Counted from the stretch's first letter, positions 27,601 through 40,467 are shown. The stretch: 64,000 bases of DNA from Octopus sinensis (GCF_006345805.1 NC_043000.1:54064001-54128000); one strand, 5' to 3'. A program made the numbers and translations. Notes: generated by a model not told the origin, from the letters alone.

Positions 27601-29387
27601 TATAAATGAACGCAAGAATATCTGATTCATAATATTTGTTCTCATGCTCGTGTGTTGTTTGTTATGACAGACATATACTTAAAAGAACACCGCCGAAGTG
27701 ATAGGAAGGTAGGAAACAGAGTCAGTGAAAAAGAAAGGAAATAGCGATAGTGACAGATACTTTAAATAACCGTAGTGGATTTCTGAAAGTTATGAAGAGG
27801 AGTAAGAGAGGGAAAGGAGGAAATAGGGTGAGTGAGGAAGATGGCCCCTAGCAACCACACCTTTTAAGATAGGGATTTCTAAGGTATCCCACGCGCATCG
27901 TCACCTCATTCTACATGTCCCTGTAAATTTTGGAGCGAATCGGACGGGATGTAGTGGCATTGAAAGCGATCCAAGCGGTAAAAACGCAATTCAGTTTTAT
28001 ATATAGACTAGCTGAAGGTGACCCGCTCTACGCGCGGGTAAGAGTGTGGGTGTTACTTTCTGTTGCTTCCTTTCAGCACGTAAAAAGCACCATCCGAACG
28101 TGGCCGATTGCAGCACCGCCTTGACTTGCTTCTGTGCTGGTGGCACGTAAAAAGCACCAACCGATCGTTGCCACTGCGAGCCCCCCTGGCACCAGTGCCG
28201 TCGGCACGAAAAAAGCACTCCCTACACTCACAGTGTGGTTGGCGTTAGGAAGGTCATCCACCTGTAGAAACACTGCCAGATCAGACTGGAGCATGGTGCA
28301 GCCTCCTGGCTTCCGAGACCCGGTCACACTGCCCAACCCGTGCTAGCACGGAAAACGGACGTTAAACGATGATGATGATGATGATTCTCCGTATTTGTTT
28401 CTCTCTCCTTTCTCTCTCACTTTCCCACTCTCTACTTTTCTTTTCTCTCTGACTCTCCCTCGCTTTCTCTTACTCTCTATCTTTATCTATCTCTCTCCCA
28501 TTTATAAACAACAGAAGATCTTGAGTAAGTTGAGAAATAAAATATTTAGAAAGATCAATCAGAAATATGAGGCAGTGGCATTGGAAAGGTCTGCTTCAAG
28601 GCAGACAGCAAAACGCTAACATTCAAAAGGGACAGACGAACTTGCGAGCTGAATAAAAATAATAAAATATTGGAAACCAAAGTTTGAAGGGATAGAATCT
28701 GAGGATAGTAGAGTCACCATGGCTGGCATTTGTTAACGACGGACAGCAACGTTGTGACAGTTTAACGGCTGGCGTAAAATTTTGAACTTGATGTAAAAGA
28801 AAATTCGTAAACACCAAGTTTTGAAGTGATTCTTTCTCACGACAGTAGACTCACCATGGCAAGCATTCAAAACTTCTTTATCATGGACGGCAACACATTG
28901 ACGATTAAAAGGCTGGCGCAAATTTTTTAGCTTGATGCAACAGAGAATTCCTAAACACCCGCTCTTTGAAATTTTAATCCCCTTCCAGCCCCATTTAGAC
29001 CCCTTTTCACATTTTGGTTAATATAACCCGATTTCATTCGGGTGTACTGGGGCCACATTTTATAAGATGAGGAATTTTGTCCTAGAGGTGACGCCTTTCA
29101 TTTCAGGAACAAAATAGTTGTGATGCAAACTTGTCAGCACCTTTAACATAGGTGTGCATATTTTCAGGTGAATCGACCGACTACGTAATGCACACATATA
29201 TATATGTGTATATATGTGTGTGTGTGTGTGGTGTGTGTGTGTGTGTGCACGCATTATATATACAAATGTATACAAATGAGATATATATCTGTATAAATTA
29301 AATTAGAGATAAAACCACTAATAGGCAAATCAAACAGTGAAAAACCAAAAACAAAACATAAAAAAAGAAAATATAACAGAAAATATA

Positions 29388-29840
29388 TCTATATATATAA
29401 AACTGTAGTTGTGTGAGTGTCTGTCCCCTTCGATTTAGATTCCTAACTACTCCCAAATTTTGCGGTGCAGTTTAACCAAATTCGGGTATCTTATAGTCGT
29501 GATTCATATCGAGCCCGTCTGGGTATTAGCGCGCGTCTACGATTAGTGTGTCGATGGCGGCGGAGTTGGCGTCCACGCTCACGCCTGCACATGTGTTGCT
29601 TCTCCCCCTTCTTCCCTCCCTCGTGAAGCTGTGGGGAAGGGAGTGTAAGTAAATCAACGTCGTAATGCGTTGTGAAGGAGACCACCGTTCTTTTAGAACA
29701 ACGACTTCATGGCTTGAAGTCGCCAAAACAGAATTGCTAAAAAAGCTGAAACAGATCCACAAAAACGGCAAAAACCGCCACACAGGCAGGTTTCCTGTGC
29801 AAACAATTTGCACAACCGAATGTTTTAGTTGTTGCACAAA
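29388..29840 (+). mobile_element. inner Helitron H1' lacking the canonical 3' end
   Basis: Same 5' end as H1; different last ~120 bp; no hairpin or CTAG. Confidence 0.7.
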
Positions 29841-30343
29841 TCTTTATATATAAAAGTAAGGTTGTGTGTCTGTCTCCTACGATTTAGATTCCTAACTACT
29901 CCCACATTTTGCGGTGCAGTGTAACCAAAACCGGGTATCTTATAGTAGTGATTCATATCGAGCCCTTCTGGGTATTAGCGCGCGTCTACGATGAGTCTAC
30001 GATTTAAAAAAAAATTTACCATCATTTTTTATTCCATTTTAATGCATTTTTCGCTATTATATAAGGGAAGTAACTCTCTAAAAATGTCTACGATGAGTCA
30101 ACGATTAACAAAAAAATTACCATCATTTTGTTATTCCATTTTAATGCATTTTTCGCTATTATATAAGGGAAGTAACTCTGTAAAAATGTCTACGATGAGT
30201 CAACGATTTAAAAAAGAAATTACTATCATTCTTTATTCCATCTTTAATGCATTTTTTGCTATTTTTTTTGCTATAACTCACTAAAAATGCTTATATAGTT
30301 ATTTCCCTTACAAACCCCGAGCAACGCCGGGCGATACTGCTAG
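29841..30343 (+). mobile_element. inner Helitron H2'
   Basis: TCTTTATATATAAAA start; hairpin + CTAG|T end. Confidence 0.85.
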
Positions 30344-30740
30344 TAAAATATAAAATTGAAAACTTTAAATTATTTAAATTGAAAATAAAAATTATGAAAT
30401 TATATTTATAATTTGTTTAAAAATATATATAACTATGAAAAAGTATGAAAAAGTTTAATATACATAAATACAGATATATACACTTTGTATATATACATTA
30501 TATATACATATTTATATATAGAACACACACACACACATACATTATATATACATATTTATATATAGAACACACACACACACATACATTATATATACATATT
30601 TATATATAGAACACACACACAAACATACATTATATATACATATTTATATATAGAACACACACACACACATACATTATATATACATATTTATATATAGAAC
30701 ACACACACACATACATTATATATACATATATATATATAGA

Positions 30741-30773
<33 letters not shown>

Positions 30774-31364
30774 AATGAACGCAAGAATATCTGATTCATA
30801 ATATTTGTTCTCATGCTCGTGTGTTGATTGTTGGTGACAGACATATACTTCAAAGAACGCCGCCGAAGTGATAGGAAGGTAGGAAACAGAGTCAGTGAAA
30901 AAGAAAGGAAATAGCGATAGTGACAGATACTTTAAATAACCGTAGTGGCATTCTGAAAGTTATAAATGAAGAGGAGTGACAGAGTACTGGAGGAAATAGG
31001 GTGAGGTAGGAAGATGGCCCCTAGAAACCACAGCTTTTAAGATAGGGATTTGTAAGGTAGCCCACGCGCATCATCACCTCATTCTACATGTCCCTGTAAA
31101 TTTTGGAGCGAATCGGACGGGATGTAGTGGCATTGAAAGCGAACCAAGCGGTAAAAAGGCATTTCAGTTTTATATATAGAGATATGTATATATACACATA
31201 CGTGTGTACGCATGTATGTATGTGCCATCTTTTGTTTTTCTGTGAATTTCAACTATATATATATAAATGTAACGGGAATGTTTACGAAAATAAACAAAAG
31301 ACAAAGGCAGGTGGAGTACAAACAATTGTATTAGTATGGCGCTCAGGAATAGAAATAAAACAAG

Positions 31365-31402
31365 TCTTTTACGTTTCGAGCCTACGCTCTTCCACAGAAA
31401 GA
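31365..31402 (-). ncRNA. minimal hammerhead-like motif (Penelope-type), variant core
   Basis: TCTTT-CTGTGGA-A-GAGC-GTAG-GCTC-GAAAC-GT-A-AAAGA: stem I, stem II and ACGT palindrome are present. Confidence 0.55.
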
Positions 31403-31491
31403 TACACAGAAAAGAAACAAGGAGAGAAACAAGGAGAGGAAAAAATGCGTGTAGGAGCTAACGATCCAACATGATATATATATATATATAT

Positions 31492-32279
31492 ATGTAAAGT
31501 ATAATAGCCATCTCAATATGGCTAGCCACAAAGGGTGGGTGTTACTGAAGCTTTTAGCCCCAGGAGATCATCGTCTCCAGCTGGCTTTTGCACACTATCT
31601 GTGCACTTATGATATTTGCAAAGGGAGGTCATCCATTTCTCGTAAGCCTAAGTGATACGCACGGACCGAAGTTTTGAGGTTGTTGCCTCTTGTCAACGGG
31701 AGGTAATCACCGGTTTACGATGAAAAGTAAGTCCGTGCGTATCACTTAGGCTTACGAGAAAGGGATGACCTCCCTTTGCAAATACCATAAGGGCACAGAT
31801 AATGTGCCTAAAGCCAGCTTGAGACGATGATCTCCTGGGGCTAAAAGCTTCAGTAACAACGACCCTTTGTGGTTAGCCATATTGAGATGGCTATTATACT
31901 TTACATTATCGAGCGGTTACTGTTTACATCTTGCTAACAGATTTATTATTGCTTGCAGACAGTTTTTCGAAATCAGTGACGGAAGTTACTAGAAAAACAC
32001 TTAAGTATTTCCATACAAGGACTTCCTTTTCATCGTAAACCGGTGATTACAGCCCGTTGACAAGAGGCAACAACCTCGAAACTGCGGTCCGTGCGTATCA
32101 CTTAGGCTTACGAGAAAGGAATGGCCTCCCTTTGCAAATACCATAGTGTGCCTAAAGTCAGCTGGAGACGATGATCTCCTGGGGCTAAAAGCTTCAGTAA
32201 CACCCACCCTTAAGATGGCTATTATACTTTACATTGTCGAGCGTTTACTGTTTACATCTCGCTCAGAGATTTATTATTG

Positions 32280-32280
<1 letters not shown>
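31492..32280. mobile_element. inverted + tandem repeat insertion in (TA)n (Penelope pLTR-like architecture)
   Basis: Arms 31492-31666 and 31731-31906 are reverse complements; direct copy at 32019-32280. Confidence 0.65.
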
Positions 32281-32313
<33 letters not shown>

Positions 32314-33547
32314 GAGGAAAAATGCATGTGAATAACAAGGTCTACCAACCGAACTCCCTCCTACCGTACAACAGTACAAAAGACTATACCTACTCAGGTA
32401 AGAATCAGGAGCGCCTTTGGATTTAATTATCCCTTAGAGGTGCATGTGTGTATATATTGACTAACGCATACATTTCCCCAGTCCTCAGCCGATTTTCACA
32501 AATTTTATAAACACGTTACTTATAGTATTATAGCGCATTGCCCAGAGCTCCCGTGTATACTGACAAACAGAAAAAACGGTGGTTTACATGTGTTTTTTTT
32601 TCTAATTCGTTTTATGTACGTAGTTTTTTGTATGTTGGGTCTTCCATAATTTTTAATGGTTGTATAATGGCATTAGAGAATATTTTTTATTGGTTTTCAC
32701 TTTTTTATTTATTATTTATTTACATGTTGTAATCGTGTATTATTACTTTCTATATTTTTTATATGCGTATTGGTTTGTATTTTGAGTTTCAGTGTTTGAG
32801 TTGGAAAATATAAAAGTGAAAATATTTTGTCTATTTATTTATTTCGAGTGTTTCCCATACTTTTTAAAACTAGATGGTCGTATATTTGCATTACAGAAAT
32901 TCTTTTGGTTGATTTTAGACTTTTTTTATTATTTGCTTGCCACACAACGCGACAACGTTTCACTGCAAACTGCTAAAGATTCAAAAATTATTCGTGAACT
33001 GAAGTCAAACACTTCATGCCTTCATTTTTCGTTTACTGAAGTCAATTTCAGAGTGCCCGTACACTATAAGCACGTAGCAAATACATTTCTTTACCTCTAC
33101 TTTTTCAAATAGGTATTATATTGCCATTTTTGAACGTACCAATGATATTTCTCTCTCAAAAAAAAAAAAAAACATTCTTTTGCTGTTGAATAAAATAATC
33201 TCGCAGAATGGAAGCTTCAACGTCTTCAATTTCCTTACACCATTTATGTGGCTCTTTCTGACGAGAAATTTTGCTTTTATGTAAAACATATTTTGTAGTC
33301 ATTATCCGTAATATACTTCAAAACATTTCAGTAGGTCTACTTTGCATCGCTTGCAAACTTATATGTTCTATTATTATTAAAGTACTACGATGTCCATAAT
33401 AACCAACCTTCAATTCAGTTTTTTCCGTTCCTAGGTTAATCGGAAACATAGATTGCAATGCTACTCATACACCTCTGTAGTTCAATTATTTGGTGAAAAA
33501 ATACACCAAAGCAGCTTAAATCGTCCAAAGGACGATTGCATTTGGTA

Positions 33548-33584
<37 letters not shown>

Positions 33585-33736
33585 CTTAAGTATTACGCTC
33601 TTTTGTTTTCAAATTTATCGTAAATTAGCATGTATGTAGATGTATAGATATCATATGAGCGAGAATATATACACACACGCATACACACACGCACACACAC
33701 AAGCAAACACACATACATATATATTATTATGTTTGT

Positions 33737-34007
33737 TTACTTGTTTCCGTTATTTGACTGCGGCCATGCTGGAGCACCGTCTGAAAGGGTTAATCGAAAA
33801 ATCGACTCAAAACTTATTCTTTCTAAGCCTAGTACTTAATATAGCGGTTTCTTTTGCCGAACAATTAACTTACGTGGACATAAACACACCATCACTGATT
33901 GTCAAGCGACGGTGGGCGGGGGAATACATTTTCTTCCAGTCTTACCCTACGAAATCCACTCACATGGCTTTAGCTGACCCGATGCTGTAGCAGAGGGCAC
34001 TTGCCTG
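33737..34007 (-). mobile_element. SINE family A, diverged
   Basis: gactgcggccatgctggagcacc...aaatccactcac...cacttgcc. Confidence 0.7.
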
Positions 34008-34719
34008 GGTCTCGGAAAGGGTTACTGAAGAGATCAGTGATGTGTGACGAAATATTTCCAGACAGTGGACATAATATAAAAGAAGACCAGTTATACATGA
34101 GTGAAGAACGCATATATAGTGCATGTGTTTATTTGGAAAAAATGATCTGCCCGATGTATAATATTAATAATGATGTGTGTGTGTGTATGGTAGAAATTTA
34201 GAATGAACTTGAAACGTGTATATATTTTACATATAAATAGGCTTGCGCATCAGGGATGGTCTGAATCTGAACATTACAATGACAATAGCAACATCAGAAG
34301 AAGAACAACAACAACAGCAACAATATCAACAATGTCACAAACAGTAACGATAATGAGATGAGGACGGCGAGCAATATAATTTTTAGCTTTAAAATTTTGT
34401 AACTTAACATAGCACATTTCCAATCATACTTTCGGCTGAGGATCACAAGACTTCAACGTGAAATTCTATGGTATACCCAGACAAGTAATAGTTCATTAAG
34501 TTATCAGTGCCTGGAAAATGTCTATACATTAGCGTAACGCAGTAAAGCACACAAGTCAAGACATTCGATATATGATAACCATTGTACTGGTGACATTTCA
34601 TTTATTGGGACACGCCTATCAACAAACTACTAATGAGAATGCAACAACAAAATGAGAGGAATATTTCTTTTTCTTATTTGCCACTCTTGAAATTTTTCAT
34701 GATGATGCTGACAACGATG

Positions 34720-34845
34720 AGGATTAATGATGATGATGATGATGGCGACAGATGATGATAATGCTAATAATGATGATGATGATGATGATCATCATCATCA
34801 TCACCATCATCATCATAATCATCATTATCATCATCATTACTATTA
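34720..34845. repeat. (GAT)n/(CAT)n microsatellite
   Basis: Directly visible. Confidence 0.9.
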
Positions 34846-36171
34846 CAGTTACAATTTTGGTCTTGTTGTGTTGTTCTTGTTTTATTGACAAACGCCGGAT
34901 CTATAGTCGCTTCAATTGTAAAGCCTAGCTTCGGAATGCAGAGGCTGGTGGGAACGTTAAGGGGAAACTGGTCGACATTCCGTGATAACATTATAACTTG
35001 TTTAACTGAATAGTTTATGTCTGACATAGCTACTGCCCTTTCCTTATCAGTTCTGGAAATAGCAGTGCAGCATCTTATTCTGGCATTGATACGAGTTTAC
35101 AGTATTAGTCTGCCATTCAACTTTGGACTAGAAATATTAAATCAAAGTGAAAATAAGCATATGTGTCGATAAACGTATGTATTACTATGTGTGCAAAGCA
35201 ATATGTACTTATGTGTCTCTGCAGTCTTAATAACGTAAGTCAGTCCATTTGAGTGCTTGTCTTTTGCATAAGCAGAAATGTCTTTGTAAATGTTGCATGA
35301 AGAATAGAATCATACACACACACCACCAAGAGACATGTGTTTACCTGTATATATATATATATGTGTGTGTGTGTGTGCGTGTGTGTGTGCGTGTGTGAGT
35401 GTGTGTGTGTTGTGTGAGTGTGTGTGTATGTGTGCGTGTGTATCTGTGTATTTTTGTGTTTGTAAGCATGTATTTATATATCTGTATGTATGCGCATATG
35501 TATGTATGTATGTATATATGTGCAAATTTTATCCAAATGTTCTTTTCAGCTCTTCACTTATGAATTTTAGCAACTTGTATCTCCATCATATATCATTTGC
35601 TTGATACAACTTCTCACTCAATTGTTGCTGAATTATTTATTTTTAGTTTCATATATAACATAAACACTAATTATTTATAATTCATTTTAAAGTTTTGATA
35701 ATGCGTAGTGAAACAATTGCAGTTAGAGCCATTTTACTCTTCTCGGGATAGAAAACGACTAAATGCAATGACATTGGTAAAAGAAATTTATAAGAAAGTC
35801 CAGAATCAGTCAACGAGAATGCAGGCACAAGACTGGTTGAATTTTTCAAGGAATGTGACAGCAGTTTAGGCCTTGCTTGATTGTTGGACAACAACCAAAC
35901 ACAACCACACGTGCATTGTCGACAGAACCTTATTCAAGTAAACATCATTGTCCATGTGAATTACATTCTCTTACCTTCTTTTTAGCTTTAACATCTAAAG
36001 TATCATTGGTCACGTCTGTTCTAAAATATTTCCAAATATGCAAATGTCTCTTCCTTTTCGGAGTTGAGGACTGTATATACCGGTCGTTTCAAATCGTGAG
36101 AAAAACACGTGTCCCAAGCCGCTCGAGTTTGGTCTGGGAAACAAATTCAATATTGTACGCTTCTCCTAAAT

Positions 36172-36380
36172 ATTGATTTCAAATTTTTGGTCCAGGCCAG
36201 CAATTTCGGGAGCGGATAGGTCGATTAAATGGACTCCAGAGTTCAACTGGTATCCATTTAATCGACCTATCCGACCCCTAGAAGATGAACGGAAAAAACG
36301 ACATCGGCGGAACTTGACGAATTGCTGCTAAGGATTACAGCCGGTGTGCTAAGGATTTTGCTCGAAGTGCTAACGATTCT
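36172..36380 (-). mobile_element. SINE family B, diverged
   Basis: atttcaaatttttggtccaggccagcaa...cggcggaacttgac...gtgctaacgattct. Confidence 0.6.
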
Positions 36381-36875
36381 TATTTCTTTATTACCTAGTA
36401 ACAGATTTTACATAGAAAAATGAATTTTGACAAATACAGCACGTAAACACACTACGACACAGGACATAATATAAACTTATGTATATTTATAAATATATTT
36501 ATATTTAAAAAATATTTTAATATTCATGTATGTCGATATGTATTAATATATAGATATACGCATTTTAAGTCGAATTTTTGAATGTATGTGTATGTATTAA
36601 AACTGATTGCCTAATTTGAGTTTTATTCTTAATTTTTATTTTTTTGTCTTGGTTTCGATCCGAGCACTTCTTAAGCCGTTCTATATATTTCGTAAGAAAG
36701 AACAATAATATGCATACACAAATACACACACGCAAACACACATATATATTCACATACACACAAGGATATAACTACATAAAAGTGTCTATATTCAGGAACA
36801 CATGTACACTGAGCTTTCGGTTCTGTATGTATATTTCTCTCTCCTCTCTCTCTCTCTCCCTCTCTCTCTCTCTCC

Positions 36876-36916
<41 letters not shown>

Positions 36917-37524
36917 AACATACATAGATATATAAATACTTACGAAGCAAAGTTTTGTCGGCATGAGTTGTATTTTCCTATGATTTCTTTGCAGTTTCTT
37001 TGCATCAGTAAAATGCCTTAAATCTATCATCTATCATCAACCTTTCTAGATTTTTATAGTCTCGATTTCAGGATAAAGTGTTGTTCCGGGAGTTGCTGCC
37101 TCTTTTATATTTGGCAGGATTAATGCGTTTCATAACAATATCAATGCCTGGATTTGAATTTTCGCCCTTATCTATACATCAGCAGCCAGGCATTCTTTTT
37201 GTTTTGACAAATGAATCCGGTCTCTATTTCTTTTAGTGTTATGTTGTGATATGAATACTGCTTCTATCATCAATCTTGATAGAATGAAATGCAAAACATA
37301 AGCGTACGATATTCACGGGATACGTGGGCGATACATCCGTTACAATTAACACAATTCATGGCGTTGAAAATATAAGTGAAGACGTAGAAAACAATACTCG
37401 CTGAAATTCCATATACATATATATATATATACATATAAAACTCCAAGCAGTATTATTTTAGGTGTAGTTATACAACAAGAAATGAACAACTGTTTACATC
37501 AAAGACATAAATTAAAAATGCACA

Positions 37525-37950
37525 TAGGCGGAGGCGTGACTGTATTGTAAGAAACTTGCTTCCCGACCACGTAGTTCCGGATTCAGATCCACTGCGTGGC
37601 GCCTTGGACTAGTCTCTTCTACTATAGCCTCGCACCGTTCAAAACCTTGGCTGACGGAACCTGAATGAATTCGGTCGAATATATGTGTGTGTATGCGTGT
37701 GTGTTTTGTATGTGTGTTTGTGTGCGTGTGTGCTTTTTGTGCGTGTGTTCGTTTGTGTGGCCGTGTCATTGTGTTTGACCCCACCACCATTGCTCGACAA
37801 TTGTTGCTGGCTGGTTTGCATCCCCTTAACTTAGAAGTTCGGTAAAAGAGCCCGATAGAATAAATACCATGCTTAAAAAAGTAAGTACTGACGTCGATAC
37901 ATTCGACTTAAAATCCTTCAAGTTTGTGTCCCAGCATGGCTGAAAACAAG
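37525..37950 (+). mobile_element. SINE family A, diverged full length
   Basis: ggcggaggcgtgactg...gttccggattcagatccactgcgtggc...(TG)n...ccattgctcgac...cccagcatggc. Confidence 0.7.
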
Positions 37951-38076
37951 ACAAACATTAAAAGATATTTACATGGAGACATCTAAGGATTTCATACAAA
38001 TAAATAGTACTAGAGATTAACATTCAATTTTCCAAATAAGGAAAAAAAATGTCCAAATCAAAATAATTTTGCATTG

Positions 38077-38766
38077 TTTTCAAAAGCGGTAGGATTGTCT
38101 CCAACCGTCTGGAATTATGTCTTACGGGAGTTGTACATATTTTCTGGTCAGTGGTGATAAATTAATTAATATCATGTCAGGCTACTAAACTATTATGTAT
38201 GATGGAACAATACAGCCATTTTTATCTACAAAAGTGGGTAAGACGTGAGATATGGGTAAGGAATGAAAAATAGAAGAAAAAAGGATAGGGAGAGCTGATA
38301 ATACTTATTTTAAAAAGTGGAAGACTTACAAAACTACTGGAATGGAATTAGTTATAGAAAGTATGAGAGGAAATCAAATTCAGAGAATAGGAATATAAAT
38401 ATGCTAAATTGTATGGAACAGCTTTTCCTATTCTCTAAATTTGATTCCCACCCCTAATTTCTATTACATATTCCAGTAGTTTACTTGTTCTTCCTCTTTT
38501 AATACGATAATCAAAATAAGTTGCGGCAGCTCTCCCTAACCTCTTTCTTCTACTTTTTTATGTTTTCTTCTACTTATCATCCCTCACCCATATCCCACGC
38601 CTTACCCATTTTGTAGATAAAGACGGATGCATTGCTCCTTCACACATGATGGTTTAGTAGATCAACATGATATTAATTACTTAATCACCACTGACCAGAT
38701 TACATGTACTACTCCTGTAAGACTTAATTCTAGACGGACTGAGGTAATCCTCCCTCTTTTGTTTTG
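38077..38766. repeat. ~690-bp imperfect palindrome (fold-back/MITE-like)
   Basis: e.g. ctggtcagtggtgat/atcaccactgaccag and gagaataggaa/ttcctattctct; ~30-nt central loop at 38393-38424. Confidence 0.75.
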
Positions 38767-39404
38767 AAGTATAGATAACTGGGACCCTGATATCAGTTGT
38801 TCCACCACCCCTTCTGTAACCTCTTCTTTCCTTTAAATTCTGATTTTTCTAATATGATATAAACTATTTGGTAAAGCCATACTGCGAACTGAAGAGCAGC
38901 AGAATCAATGTAAATATTTGGCTCTTTCGAGTTGTGAATATGTTAAATTAGTCGAATAGTCCTTTATGTTTGAAGTTCATGCATGACATCTGTAACCCTT
39001 TGTTACTTATTTATATTGCATTCACCTATCCTGAAATATGTGCTTCGAAAAGTATTTTAATAGAAAGTATTTTAATATATGTACATGTCTGAATAGCCAA
39101 GAGCGGATCTCTTCACAAAGCTGAGTCGTATCATCTGCATACGATGCAAGAATATTGGGTGCTTGAACTTCTGCACTGAGTTTGATATTCAATCAATATT
39201 ATCAGAGTGTGCATGTTACTCCGAAATAAGAAGGTACTCAATTTAAGTAACTAATACGACTGAACCATAATTGCATTATACATACATACATACACACACA
39301 CATACACACACACACACATATATATATATATACATATATATATATATTTATATTTATATTTATATATTTATATATATATATATATCGTATTCTTAAATAT
39401 TATT

Positions 39405-39435
<31 letters not shown>

Positions 39436-39446
39436 GCATTAGCATT

Positions 39447-39947
39447 GATGACTTGGAGAACACTGCATACCCATCATGGCTACACGTCTGATAAGGGTGC
39501 ACCAGGTGCATGCATCACAACCATAGGTGCGCGACATGGTGATCTCATAACAAGATAAACAGCGCATGACACTGCAAATGGAGTCCAGTTTGAATTTTCG
39601 TTAGGTCAAGTAGCCCATTCCACCCAAAAGGTCCCTGGATAAGTGTTGTTTAAGGATGTTAAACGAAACATTCATGAAACCAAAGGTGCATTATTCAAAC
39701 CCCAGAGAATACCTCTCAACGCAGAGCTATGATGTTCCCGCACTACTTCTTTATGTGATCGCAGACGCACATATCGCCAACCAACAAGGGACATGCCAAA
39801 CTGGTTAAGGCCAAAGAATAGACAAGTAAATCTGCGGTATTGAGCAGTATATTTGTTGTAACCTATCTTTTATACCAAGACATATAACACTTTCAATGAG
39901 TTAAGATCAGAGGACTTGAGAGCCAGTTCGTGCTAATGCATCACGGC
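39447..39947 (-). mobile_element. TAA-flanked element copy E, diverged
   Basis: Colinear with copy A; (ATT)n on the left; same 5' boundary. Confidence 0.75.
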
Positions 39948-40175
39948 GTTTATCATTATTACGTTACTATGTTCTAATAGCTGAATTTGTCTTCTTAATT
40001 AGATTATATTTTATTCTTTGCGAAACCCACACGACGGATTTACCGGTGTGAAAGCTGGATTTTCTACACCTGAAGAATTTTGATATTAAGCTGGAATTGC
40101 ACATGACCTAATGATATTTACAATGAGTGTCACATTGAGAATATCCGATCTTTCTAACCTCTCAGTACCTTATAT

Positions 40176-40219
<44 letters not shown>

Positions 40220-40318
40220 CCCTACATATCTCACATCTATTTTCTTTTCTCTCCTCCACCTCACTCTCTATTTGATATCTTATCTAAATTAACTATTTCT
40301 TAACAATTCTCTCACACC

Positions 40319-40366
40319 ATCTCCGATGAAGGGATATAATAAATATCATGGAAACAGCTGTAAGAT
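40319..40366 (+). ncRNA. minimal hammerhead-like motif (Penelope-type)
   Basis: ATCT-CCGATGA-A-GGGATAT-AATAA-ATATCATG-GAA-ACAGCTGT-A-AGAT; palindromic stem III. Confidence 0.6.
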
Positions 40367-40428
40367 TTTTGTATCTATAAATGTTCTAAGAATCTACACA
40401 CCCTCGGGTTCTTAACTCATTACGAAAA

Positions 40429-40467
<39 letters not shown>

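Larger units (their letters stand above)
24860..28007 (-). mobile_element. non-autonomous Helitron, outer unit 1 of a head-to-tail dimer
   Basis: On the minus strand: 5' TCTATATATAAAA; 3' hairpin ACCCGC-N7-GCGGGT then CTAG|T; period to unit 2 is 3148 bp. Confidence 0.8.
28008..31182 (-). mobile_element. non-autonomous Helitron, outer unit 2
   Basis: Colinear, slightly diverged copy of unit 1; junction reads CTAG|TC on the minus strand; outer end gives A|TC. Confidence 0.8.

Noticed and set aside
24860-31182. Duplication as the paired LTRs of an LTR retrotransposon
   Set aside because: No internal region, no TG...CA ends and no TSD; the termini are Helitron-type
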